Notes under the pieces: model-generated
What the model was told of the DNA's origin: nothing
Databases searched by the model: none
What the model saw: only the letters and a program-made list of their open reading frames with translations
Part shown: piece by piece, positions 9,672 through 18,438 of the stretch
Layout of the letters: the number at the start of each line of letters is the position of its first letter
Numbering within the stretch: the first letter of the stretch is position 1
Assembly: GCA_964561495.1 (NCBI GenBank)
Contig: CAZLPW010000003.1
Coordinates: 13,258 to 77,257, forward strand
Direction: 5' to 3'
Origin: an uncultured bacterium
GTDB taxonomy: Bacteria; Fidelibacterota; Marinisomatia; Marinisomatales; UBA1611
DNA length: 64,000 nucleotides
Position numbers and translations under genes: made by a program

Positions 9672-10682
9672 ATGTTTAAAAATAAAACTTTATTAATTAC
9701 TGGAGGCACTGGTTCTTTTGGGACTTCGGTCTTAAACAGATTTGTCAATACTGATATTAAAGAAATTAGGGTTTTTAGTCGTGATGAAAAAAAACAAGAA
9801 GATATGCGAATTAAGTATAACAATGATAAAATCAAATATATTATTGGAGATGTTCGTTCATTTAATAGTATTAATTCTGCCATGAAAAATGTCCACTACG
9901 TATTTTGCGCTGCTGCCTTAAAGCAGGTCCCTTCTTGTGAATTTTATCCACTTGAGGCTGTAAAGACAAACATTATTGGGGTTGAAAATACTATAAGAGC
10001 ATCTCTCCAAAATAATGCTGAAAAAATAATTGTTTTAAGTACTGATAAAGCTGTAAATCCTGTTAACGCAATGGGAATGAGCAAAGCTTTAGCTGAAAAG
10101 GTGGCTATCGCTTCTACTCGAAATATTACTGACCCAAATAAGAAAATAGCGATTACTAGATATGGGAATGTTATGGCTTCGAGAGGTTCCGTTATTCCAC
10201 TTTTTGTAAGGCAAATTAAAAAAGGTGAGCCTTTGACCGTTACTGATCCTGATATGACAAGATTTATGATGTCATTAGATGATGCAATTGATTTGGTTTT
10301 ATATGCTTTTAATAATTGTAAGCAAGGCGATATATTTGTTCAAAAATCTCCATCTGCTACGATAAATAATTTAGCTTTGGCTCTTAAAGAAATTTTTCAG
10401 GCTAAAAATCCAATTAAAATTATGGGAACGCGTCATGGTGAGAAAAAGCACGAAGTGTTATTAAATAAAGAGGAATTATTTAAATCAGAAGACTTAGGCG
10501 ATTACTTTAAGGTACCTGTTGATGAGAGAAATTTAAATTATAAAAAATATTTTGAAACTGGAGAAAAACCATTATCAAATGAAATTGAATATTCATCGAA
10601 CAATTCATATAGACTGAGTAAAAATGAAATCATTGAAATGTTATTAAAACTTCCATTTATAAAAAGCGAGTTAAATAATTAA
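9672..10682 (+). CDS. UDP-N-acetylglucosamine 4,6-dehydratase/5-epimerase (CapE/FnlA/WbvB type)
   Basis: KTLLITGGTGSFGTSVLNRF...IKEIRVFSRDEKKQEDMRIKY is nearly the canonical CapE/FnlA N-terminus. The protein is 336 aa. Confidence 0.85.
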   Translation: MFKNKTLLITGGTGSFGTSVLNRFVNTDIKEIRVFSRDEKKQEDMRIKYNNDKIKYIIGDVRSFNSINSAMKNVHYVFCAAALKQVPSCEFYPLEAVKTNIIGVENTIRASLQNNAEKIIVLSTDKAVNPVNAMGMSKALAEKVAIASTRNITDPNKKIAITRYGNVMASRGSVIPLFVRQIKKGEPLTVTDPDMTRFMMSLDDAIDLVLYAFNNCKQGDIFVQKSPSATINNLALALKEIFQAKNPIKIMGTRHGEKKHEVLLNKEELFKSEDLGDYFKVPVDERNLNYKKYFETGEKPLSNEIEYSSNNSYRLSKNEIIEMLLKLPFIKSELNN

Positions 10683-10691
10683 AATCCAAAA

Positions 10692-11813
10692 ATGAAAAAA
10701 ATAGTAACTATAGTAGGCACTAGACCAGAGATAATTAAAATGTGTCGTGTAATAGCAGAATTGGATAAATGTACAAAACATATACTTATCCATACTGGAC
10801 AAAACTATGATTATGAGCTGAATGAGGTGTTTTTTAAAGAATTAGAAATAAGAGAGCCAGACTATTTTTTAAATGCTACGGGTGATTCTGTATCTGAAAC
10901 GATAGGGAATATCATTTCTAAATCTGATAAAGTTTTAAAGGAAGAAAATCCAGATGCCGTACTTTTATATGGTGACACAAATAGCTGTCTATCAATTATT
11001 GCGGCCAAAAGAAGAAAAATACCGACTTTCCACTTTGAAGCAGGTAACAGGTGCTTTGATCAAAGAGTTCCAGAAGAATTAAATCGGAAAATTGTTGATC
11101 ATTTGAGTGATATTAATTTGCCTTTAACTGAACATGCGAGGCAGTATTTATTGGATGAAGGATTAAGACCTGAAACGATCATTAAAACTGGTTCTCCAAT
11201 GAAAGAGATACTAGACCATTATAACTCAAAAATTGAAAATTCAAATATCCTTGAATCATTAGAGATAAGTGAAAATAATTATATTTTAGTTAGTGCACAC
11301 CGAGAAGAAAATATTGATTCAGCTACTAACTTTAATGATTTTTTAGATACACTCCAAGAAATAGTAAAGGTATATAATAAAAAGGTAATTGTTTCTACCC
11401 ACCCAAGAACAATGAAGAAATTAGTTAGGAAGGAAAAGGTAGATTTAAATAAAAAAATTATTTTTTCAAAACCTTTAGGGTTTTTTGATTATGTTCAATT
11501 ACAGAAAAAATCTTATTGTGTTGTTTCTGATAGTGGGACGATCACTGAGGAAGCATCAATACTAAATTTACCTGCAGTAATGATAAGATACTCCCATGAA
11601 AGGCCAGAGGGGATGGATGAAGGAACATTAATTATGTCTGGTTTAAAAAAGGAAAGTGTTATTGAATCAATAAATATTACTAAATCATTTAATTATAAAA
11701 AAAGAACTTTCAATTTGGTTAATGACTACAATGTAGATAATTATTCAAAAAAAATTGTAAAGATTGTACATAGTTATATCGATTATGTAAATCGAACGAT
11801 CTGGAAAAAATAG
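10692..11813 (+). CDS. UDP-N-acetylglucosamine 2-epimerase family (non-hydrolysing; FnlC/CapG/WbvD-like)
   Basis: The motifs IVGTRPEIIKM, HTGQNYDYELN, LLYGDTNS, HFEAGNRCFD and SDSGTITEEASIL are present. Confidence 0.85.
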   Translation: MKKIVTIVGTRPEIIKMCRVIAELDKCTKHILIHTGQNYDYELNEVFFKELEIREPDYFLNATGDSVSETIGNIISKSDKVLKEENPDAVLLYGDTNSCLSIIAAKRRKIPTFHFEAGNRCFDQRVPEELNRKIVDHLSDINLPLTEHARQYLLDEGLRPETIIKTGSPMKEILDHYNSKIENSNILESLEISENNYILVSAHREENIDSATNFNDFLDTLQEIVKVYNKKVIVSTHPRTMKKLVRKEKVDLNKKIIFSKPLGFFDYVQLQKKSYCVVSDSGTITEEASILNLPAVMIRYSHERPEGMDEGTLIMSGLKKESVIESINITKSFNYKKRTFNLVNDYNVDNYSKKIVKIVHSYIDYVNRTIWKK

Positions 11814-11818
11814 ATCAA

Positions 11819-12574
11819 ATGAAAAAGATACTTGTTCTAGGCCATAAGGGAATGCTTGGTCACATGGCTAATAATTTTTTAACTCAAAAAGAAGATTGTG
11901 TGGTTGAAACTACAGATTTAAGATGGCCATCTGGTGACTTTAAAAGATTTTTAAAATTCTTTTCTTCTCAAGATAATTCATTTATCATCAATTGCATTGG
12001 TGCAATACCTCAGCGCCTCAACTGTTTTGATATCAATACTGATATTCCTATATGGTTGGAAAAAAATATTGGCGAAAGTTTTGGCTGTAGGATAGTCCAT
12101 CCTGGAACTGATTGTGAAAGTGACAATGATGAATATGGTTTATCAAAGAGGAAAGCGTCTGATTATATAATTAAAAAAGGAAAAATTACTAAAATTATTA
12201 AGTCATCTATAATTGGACCTGAATTAGGTACTAAAAAAAGTTTGCTTGAATGGTTTTTAAATTGTCAAGATAAAGAAATCGATGGATACAGCCATTTTTT
12301 TTGGAACGGTATAACTACCTTACAGTGGGCAAACATTTGTTATGATTTAATTATTAATTGGGATAATTATAATATTTTAACCATTCCTGCTACAGAATGC
12401 ATTTCAAAGCACGATTTATTGGTAAAAGTAAAAACAATTTTTAATAAAAAAATAAAAATCAATAAAAATATGAAAATAAAAGCAAATAAATGTTTAGTCG
12501 GTAATTTAATAGTCCCCACTATTGATAATCAGCTACTAACGTTAAAGAAGCAAATTAATGAAAATAAATATTAA
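11819..12574 (+). CDS. Short RmlD-like SDR reductase (candidate C4 reductase of the UDP-L-hexosamine pathway)
   Basis: ILVLGHKGMLGH is a glycine-rich loop and YGLSKRKAS is a YxxxK motif. The protein is only 251 aa. Confidence 0.6.
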   Translation: MKKILVLGHKGMLGHMANNFLTQKEDCVVETTDLRWPSGDFKRFLKFFSSQDNSFIINCIGAIPQRLNCFDINTDIPIWLEKNIGESFGCRIVHPGTDCESDNDEYGLSKRKASDYIIKKGKITKIIKSSIIGPELGTKKSLLEWFLNCQDKEIDGYSHFFWNGITTLQWANICYDLIINWDNYNILTIPATECISKHDLLVKVKTIFNKKIKINKNMKIKANKCLVGNLIVPTIDNQLLTLKKQINENKY

Positions 12575-12647
12575 TATATTTTCTTTTATTGCAATTATTT
12601 TCACTGTAAACATTTTTATTATATGATTTGAGAAAGGTATTGAGGCG

Positions 12648-13682
12648 ATGAAGAAAGCACTAATAACAGGGGTAACTGGTCAAGATGGAAGTTACCTAGC
12701 TGAATTGTTACTTGAAAAAGGGTATGAGGTCCATGGTATTATTCGTCGCAGTAGTTCCTTTAACACTGGTCGGATTGATCATATAATTAATAATGAAAAA
12801 TACAAAGATCAATTTTTTTTTCATCATGGCGATGTGACCGATGCAAGCAACCTAAACAGGTTATTAGAAAAAATTCAACCTAATGAAATTTATAACCTTG
12901 CTGCTCAAAGTCATGTAAAAGTATCTTTTGAGATTCCCGATTATACAGCGCAGGTAGATGCTTTAGGTACCCTACGTTTTTTGGATGCTATAAGAGAGAC
13001 TGATATAAATACAAAATTTTATCAAGCTTCTACTAGCGAGCTTTACGGAAAAGTTCAAGAAATTCCGCAAACTGAAAAAACAGCTTTCTATCCGTGTTCT
13101 CCTTATGGAGTGGCAAAATTATACGCATACTGGATTATAATAAATTATCGTGAAGCATATGATATTTTTGCATGCAATGGAATATTATTTAATCATGAAT
13201 CGCCTCGCAGAGGTGAAACTTTTGTTACCCGAAAGATTACTTTAGCTGCATGCAGAATAAAAGAAGGCCTTCAAAAAAAACTCTATCTAGGGAATCTTAA
13301 TGCAAAAAGAGATTGGGGGTATGCGCCAGAGTATTGTGAAGGGATGTGGTTAATGTTACAGCAAGAACGGCCAGAAGACTATGTTTTAGCAACTGGAGAA
13401 AACCACACTATTCGTAAATTTATTGAATTAACATTCAAAGAATTAGATATAAAAATTGATTGGATAGGGACTGGACAGGAAGAACAGGGGTTAGACTCTC
13501 GAACTGGGGAAAGTATTGTTGAGGTTGATAAAAAATACTACAGGCCGACTGAAGTTGATTTGCTTCTAGGAGATGCAACTAAAGCGAGAAACGAGTTGGG
13601 GTGGAAACCAAAAACAAATCTAAATGAACTTATAAAAATCATGGTTCGGTCAGATTTGGAAAAAATTAGGAAAGGGGGTTAA
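12648..13682 (+). CDS. gmd: GDP-mannose 4,6-dehydratase
   Basis: [54 protein letters not shown] and [15 protein letters not shown] are present. Confidence 0.95.
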   Translation: MKKALITGVTGQDGSYLAELLLEKGYEVHGIIRRSSSFNTGRIDHIINNEKYKDQFFFHHGDVTDASNLNRLLEKIQPNEIYNLAAQSHVKVSFEIPDYTAQVDALGTLRFLDAIRETDINTKFYQASTSELYGKVQEIPQTEKTAFYPCSPYGVAKLYAYWIIINYREAYDIFACNGILFNHESPRRGETFVTRKITLAACRIKEGLQKKLYLGNLNAKRDWGYAPEYCEGMWLMLQQERPEDYVLATGENHTIRKFIELTFKELDIKIDWIGTGQEEQGLDSRTGESIVEVDKKYYRPTEVDLLLGDATKARNELGWKPKTNLNELIKIMVRSDLEKIRKGG

Positions 13683-14635
13683 TTATTAACGAAAAATCAA
13701 AGATTTTTATTGCTGGTCACCGAGGGCTTGTTGGCTCTGCAATTGTTCGAAAACTTAAAAACAGAGACTACAATAAGATTATCACAAAAACGCGCGAAGA
13801 ACTAGATTTAAGAAATCAACAGAAAACCAGATCTTTTTTTAAAAAAGAAAGACCTGAATATGTTGTTATTGCTGCAGCAAAAGTTGGAGGCATTTTAGCA
13901 AATAGTTCCTATCCTGCTGAGTTCTTATATGATAATTTGTTAATCCAAAATAATCTTATTCATTTTTCTTATGAATTCGGTGTGAAAAAACTATTGTTCT
14001 TAGGTTCTGCCTGTATTTATCCTAAGTATGCTGATCAACCTATTAAGGAGAAATCATTATTAACAGGAAAATTGGAGCCAACTAATGAATGGTATGCTAT
14101 AGCTAAAATTGCTGGAATAAAATTATGCCAAAGTTATTATTATCAGTACAATAAAAATTTTATCTCCATAATGCCGAATAATCTTTACGGGCCAAATGAT
14201 AATTTTGATCTAAAAACTTCTCATGTCTTACCTGCACTAATTAGAAAATTTCATGAAGCTAAACTAAGCTCAAAAAAAAGTGTCTCAATTTGGGGTACGG
14301 GGAAGCCACTCAGAGAATTCCTACATGTAAATGATTTGGCTGATGCCGTAGTTTTTGTTTTACAAAATATTGATTCAGTGGATATTTATGGTTTAGATAT
14401 ATCCCATGTTAATGTCGGCTCTGGTGAAGAAATTACAATTAAAAATTTAGCACTTATGGTAAGTGAGATTGTTGGCTATTCTGGTGATTTAATTTTTGAT
14501 AAGTCAAAGCCTGATGGGACTCCGAGAAAGCTAGTTGATAATTCAATATTATCTAAAAGTGGATGGAGTGCAAAAATTTCCTTAAGGAAAGGTCTAGAAG
14601 ATGTCTATTCTTGGTATAGGAATAATATTAAATGA
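13682..14635 (+). CDS. fcl: GDP-L-fucose synthase (GDP-4-keto-6-deoxymannose 3,5-epimerase/4-reductase); start is non-canonical (ATT) or unresolved
   Basis: The same frame as ORF 13937..14635 is open from the TAG at 13667-13669. It encodes KIFIAGHRGLVGSAIVRKL...VVIAAAKVGGI, the Rossmann N-terminus. No ATG/GTG/TTG precedes that motif. Confidence 0.8.
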   Translation: MINEKSKIFIAGHRGLVGSAIVRKLKNRDYNKIITKTREELDLRNQQKTRSFFKKERPEYVVIAAAKVGGILANSSYPAEFLYDNLLIQNNLIHFSYEFGVKKLLFLGSACIYPKYADQPIKEKSLLTGKLEPTNEWYAIAKIAGIKLCQSYYYQYNKNFISIMPNNLYGPNDNFDLKTSHVLPALIRKFHEAKLSSKKSVSIWGTGKPLREFLHVNDLADAVVFVLQNIDSVDIYGLDISHVNVGSGEEITIKNLALMVSEIVGYSGDLIFDKSKPDGTPRKLVDNSILSKSGWSAKISLRKGLEDVYSWYRNNIK

Positions 14636-14813
14636 GAAAATCGTTTTTAATCCTAGGAAATAAGACTTTCTATTTCTTATAGATCTAGGTGTTCATATGA
14701 AAATCATGATAAAAAGTTTAACTTATTCTTTTAATTTAAATTTTTACATAATAGTTTTATTAAATATTGTCTTTATATATATTAATCACCAAATCAAGAT
14801 CATTTAATTAAAT

Positions 14814-16202
14814 ATGATATCACAACGTTATTATCCATATTATAGACTGGGTTATACTTTTTCAGATTTAGTCTTACTTTTTTTAGTATACCATTTTACA
14901 TATGCATATACTTTTGATAAGGTGCCTCGAATAGGTTTTGGTGATGGCTTGCTTCTTGCGATTACTGCGGTTATATGGCTTATTGCTTCTATAGCAATTG
15001 GTTTAAATGATATACGCCGGGATGAAGCTATTGATGATTACATTAAAGAATATTTCTTGGCCCAAATTTTTACACTTCTGATGTTAAGCTCTGCATTGCT
15101 TTTTGGAAATTTTGATATCCCACAAAATTTTATTGTTTCCTTTTGTTTAATTCAGTTAGTTGCTTTATTTGTAAATAGACTTTTTTGGGTGGCATTATCT
15201 AGAACAATGCGAGCTGCTGGTTATAATGTAAGAAATATTTTTTTATACGGTTCCGAAAATGATTATTACGAATTAAAAAATTGGACTGAAAACAATCGTG
15301 ATTATGGTTACCACCTCAACGGCTGGTTTAAAGATTTTAGCATTGATTTTAAAAGTAAAAATATAAAAAAGGATTTTTCATCTATAGTTGAAAATTCAAG
15401 CGTGGATCACTTTGTCTTAGATCCTACAAGGCTAGATGAAGAAAGATTGAATGAAGCAATTGACTGGGCTGAAGATAAGGGTGCTCGTATACATTTGATT
15501 GAACCAAGGACACAAAAAATAACGCAGAAGTTAAACATTAAGGATACTTTTGGACCATTTGCCGCAGTCAAGCTTAGAAAAGAGCCATTAACTGAGTTTA
15601 AAAATAGAGCAATAAAAAAGATTTTTGATATTTCGCTATCTTTTTTTGTTATTGCTACCATTTTTTGGTGGTTTGTACCCGTAATCTATTTTTTAATTAG
15701 AATTACGAGTAAGGGGGATGGAATTATTGGCCAAAGACGTATCGGTATTGATGGAAAAGAATTCACATGTTATAAGTTTAGGACTATGTATTCTAATGAA
15801 GCCGCTGAAAAAGGACTCAGTCATTTAACTAAAAAGGATGATCCAAGGATTACATTTATTGGAAAATTTCTTAGAAAAAGTAATTTAGACGAACTCCCTC
15901 AATTTATTAATGTTATTCAAGGTTATATGAGTGTTGTTGGGCCGAGACCTCACATGGTTAGTGAAGAAGAAGAAATTGCTTCTAAAATAAAAAAATACAG
16001 GATTAGGCGTTTTATTAAACCTGGTATTACTGGTCTTGCCGCGGTTGAAGGGTTCCGGGGAGGTACAGAGGATATGCCGTTAATGGCAAAGCGAATTAAA
16101 TATGATATACAATATATTGAAAAATGGTCAATATGGTTGGATTTAAAAATCTGTATTAAAACTGCGTACCAGATGCTTACCTTAAGTACAGGCGCAAAAT
16201 AA
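14814..16202 (+). CDS. Polyprenyl-phosphate hexose-1-phosphate transferase (WbaP/WcaJ-type bacterial sugar transferase)
   Basis: The N-terminus has several TM segments. The C-terminal domain carries YKFRTM, DPRITFIGKFLRKSNLDELPQFINV and SVVGPRPH. Confidence 0.85.
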   Translation: MISQRYYPYYRLGYTFSDLVLLFLVYHFTYAYTFDKVPRIGFGDGLLLAITAVIWLIASIAIGLNDIRRDEAIDDYIKEYFLAQIFTLLMLSSALLFGNFDIPQNFIVSFCLIQLVALFVNRLFWVALSRTMRAAGYNVRNIFLYGSENDYYELKNWTENNRDYGYHLNGWFKDFSIDFKSKNIKKDFSSIVENSSVDHFVLDPTRLDEERLNEAIDWAEDKGARIHLIEPRTQKITQKLNIKDTFGPFAAVKLRKEPLTEFKNRAIKKIFDISLSFFVIATIFWWFVPVIYFLIRITSKGDGIIGQRRIGIDGKEFTCYKFRTMYSNEAAEKGLSHLTKKDDPRITFIGKFLRKSNLDELPQFINVIQGYMSVVGPRPHMVSEEEEIASKIKKYRIRRFIKPGITGLAAVEGFRGGTEDMPLMAKRIKYDIQYIEKWSIWLDLKICIKTAYQMLTLSTGAK

Positions 16203-16224
16203 TAATATTTTCAATTCACACCTT

Positions 16225-17517
16225 TTGAATAAATTATTAATTATTCCTATTATTTTTGTTTCTTTTCTAAAGGCTAGTGTAAACTATAGCAAAACTGAAT
16301 TATCAATCTTTGCATTATTAAATAATAATCGTTATGGAGATATTAAACATCATAATAATGATATATTGAACTCAGGGATATTGAGCGATTTTAAATTTAA
16401 GTATGGAAACTTTAAAATTATTAATCAGATGTTTCTTTCAACTGATTCCAATAGCACCAAGAAGGGTGGCGGAAAGAAAATAAAAGGGTTTTTCGGCTAT
16501 ACTAATCTAGGATATTTAGAGTTTCAAACAGATATAGGTTTATTGAAAAACCAATGGGTTTATGGTAGGTATTATTTAAAAAATGGATTTTCTAAAATGG
16601 GAGATTTGTTAGTTGGTAAAGATTCCAGACCTTTTGATGGCTTCTATTGGAAGATTAATTATAAAAATATTGAAGGAAATTTTAATGCTATTCAACTAGA
16701 AGAAATAAATAATTATAAACGCTATTTAACTGTTCATTCATTAAAATTAAAACTTGGTAATAGACTTACTCTTTTATTCAGTGAGTCATCTCTTTATTCT
16801 ACTGATAAAGGTGGATTTAACTGGCAGTTATTAAATCCTGTAATTTTTTGGGTTCCTGAAAGAGAAAATTATCCAATTATACAAGCAAATGGATTAATGT
16901 ATTTTGGCTTGAATTTTATTTTAATACCAGGGTTTTCACTTTATTCAGAATTTTTGATTGATGATTGGCAAATTAATAAAAAAAGCAAGGGTGACCTAGA
17001 GCCAAATGAATTTGGGTTAATATTTGGTTTAGATATTAAAGATTGGTTGTTTAAAGATTTTAATTTTTGGGCAGAGTACACGAAAATAACTAATCGAACT
17101 TATCAATCTTATTATGTAGAGGAAGTATATACCCATCGAAATTTCCCTATTGGACATTATTTGGGCAATGATTTTGATTTAATACAAATTAATATCTCAA
17201 AAAAAATTGTAAGCGGTGGTATAAAACCATATTTAAGTATTGTTTTTCATCGTGATGGTTATAATGGAATGGATACACCTTTTGATGAGCCTTGGTTAGC
17301 AGATGACGTTAGCCTAAGTGAGGGTTTTTCTGAGCCTTTTCCCACAAAGCCATTCGTAAAAAAAATTGAATCAGAATTAGCTATCGATTATAATTTTAAA
17401 AATGGATCTATGATTAGTCTAGGGTTGAGGCACAAGAATAACAAAAATAATAATAAAACTATATTAGAAATTGTTACAAGAATAAAGTTTGGGATAGGGA
17501 CTTCAATTAAGTATTAA
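16225..17517 (+). CDS. Outer-membrane beta-barrel protein, possibly a Wzi-like capsule assembly protein
   Basis: There is a signal peptide and alternating beta-strand-like sequence. The motif YTHRNFPIGHYLGNDFD resembles the Wzi family from memory. The C-terminus ends in an aromatic residue (IKY). The start is TTG. Confidence 0.4.
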   Translation: MNKLLIIPIIFVSFLKASVNYSKTELSIFALLNNNRYGDIKHHNNDILNSGILSDFKFKYGNFKIINQMFLSTDSNSTKKGGGKKIKGFFGYTNLGYLEFQTDIGLLKNQWVYGRYYLKNGFSKMGDLLVGKDSRPFDGFYWKINYKNIEGNFNAIQLEEINNYKRYLTVHSLKLKLGNRLTLLFSESSLYSTDKGGFNWQLLNPVIFWVPERENYPIIQANGLMYFGLNFILIPGFSLYSEFLIDDWQINKKSKGDLEPNEFGLIFGLDIKDWLFKDFNFWAEYTKITNRTYQSYYVEEVYTHRNFPIGHYLGNDFDLIQINISKKIVSGGIKPYLSIVFHRDGYNGMDTPFDEPWLADDVSLSEGFSEPFPTKPFVKKIESELAIDYNFKNGSMISLGLRHKNNKNNNKTILEIVTRIKFGIGTSIKY

Positions 17518-17550
17518 ATATTTAAATAGAATTGGAATTTAAAAATATCT

Positions 17551-17578
17551 TTGACAGGAGTATTTATTTTCATAAACT
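17551..17578 (+). promoter_or_regulatory. Candidate sigma70-type promoter (TTGACA, 16-nt spacer, TAAACT)
   Basis: A perfect TTGACA lies at 17551-17556 and TAAACT at 17573-17578, about 48 nt upstream of the ATG at 17627. The promoter consensus of this organism is unknown. Confidence 0.3.
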
Positions 17579-17626
17579 TGTTCACATTTTAAAATTAAAT
17601 AAATATAATAAAATAGCGAGAATAAA

Positions 17627-18310
17627 ATGAACTTACGTAACATATTAGTCTTAATTATTTCTTTTAGTTTGGGATTTGTCCTATATGCTCAGGATGATGT
17701 AACAGAAGAAGCATCAGCCGATACAACTGAAGCTGTAGATGAGGCAATGGATGAAGGAATGGACACGGACATGAGCATGGAAGAAGAACTTCTTGAATAT
17801 GAAGAAGAGGAATCTTCTAGCCCGTTAGATGGATTTAGTGCTGGTTTTACTGGTAGTGTTGGTTTTGTAAATGGGGAGTATATAACTAATACACCAGTTG
17901 GTGGAAGTTTGATTATTACAACACCTTATGGATTCGATCTCGGAGGTTTAGGTCGTTTTAATGTCAGTTTGGCATTTGGTTCATATTCTGGGCAAGCAGA
18001 AACTGGTATGAGTATTTTAGGTATTGAGACAATGGTCCCTGTCGATATAAATCCTTCAGTTATGGGTGTGGGTGGTAACCTGACACTAGCGAAAATGGTT
18101 TTTGCAGAAGGGCATGCAGGTTTGGTAGGCGATGGAATGGGTGTTCGTGGTTTTGCTGGCGTCTCACTTGAGAGAATAATGAAAAAATCATTAGGATTAC
18201 CTGTGAATATTCTTGTTGGTGGAGAAGGTTTTATTTCTACTGAACTTCTGGATGGTGGAGAAAAATCATTCTGGGGCGGATTAGGTGCAAGGTTAGATTA
18301 TTCATTCTAA
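17627..18310 (+). CDS. Secreted protein with an acidic low-complexity N-terminal segment and a glycine-rich small beta-barrel-like C-terminal domain (unknown function)
   Basis: The signal peptide is MNLRNILVLIISFSLGFVLYAQ. A D/E/M-rich stretch follows (about residues 23-65). The Gly-rich remainder ends in LDYSF, an OMP-like terminal aromatic. Confidence 0.5.
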   Translation: MNLRNILVLIISFSLGFVLYAQDDVTEEASADTTEAVDEAMDEGMDTDMSMEEELLEYEEEESSSPLDGFSAGFTGSVGFVNGEYITNTPVGGSLIITTPYGFDLGGLGRFNVSLAFGSYSGQAETGMSILGIETMVPVDINPSVMGVGGNLTLAKMVFAEGHAGLVGDGMGVRGFAGVSLERIMKKSLGLPVNILVGGEGFISTELLDGGEKSFWGGLGARLDYSF

Positions 18311-18330
18311 AACAATATAAATTCCAAAAG

Positions 18331-18361
18331 AAAAGCGATCTTCTTAGATCGCTTTTTTTTT
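18331..18361 (+). terminator. Rho-independent terminator
   Basis: A perfect 10-bp stem pairs AAAAGCGATC (18331-18340) with GATCGCTTTT (18347-18356) around the loop TTCTTA. A T-run follows to 18361. The site is 21 nt after the stop at 18310. Confidence 0.8.
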
Positions 18362-18438
18362 ATCAAAAAGATAAATACTAAATTGATAATATCATTAATT
18401 TGAATTTGGTTTCTAATTATTAAGTTGGTAATGATTTT

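Noticed and set aside
13937-14635. ORF-track start (ATG 13937) for the GDP-fucose synthase gene.
   Set aside because: The same frame is open from 13670 and encodes the conserved Rossmann N-terminus (KIFIAGHRGLVGSAI...AAAKVGGI) upstream of this ATG. A product starting at 13937 would lack the cofactor-binding fold.
14697-14810. A 37-codon ORF (MKIMIKSLTYSF...) in the fcl-wbaP spacer.
   Set aside because: It has no motif, no ribosome-binding site, and a composition typical of random AT-rich sequence.
17690-17830. Apparent nucleotide repetitiveness (GATGA/ATGGA/GAAGA units) as a tandem repeat.
   Set aside because: It reflects D/E/M-rich low-complexity coding sequence. No regular repeat unit could be defined.
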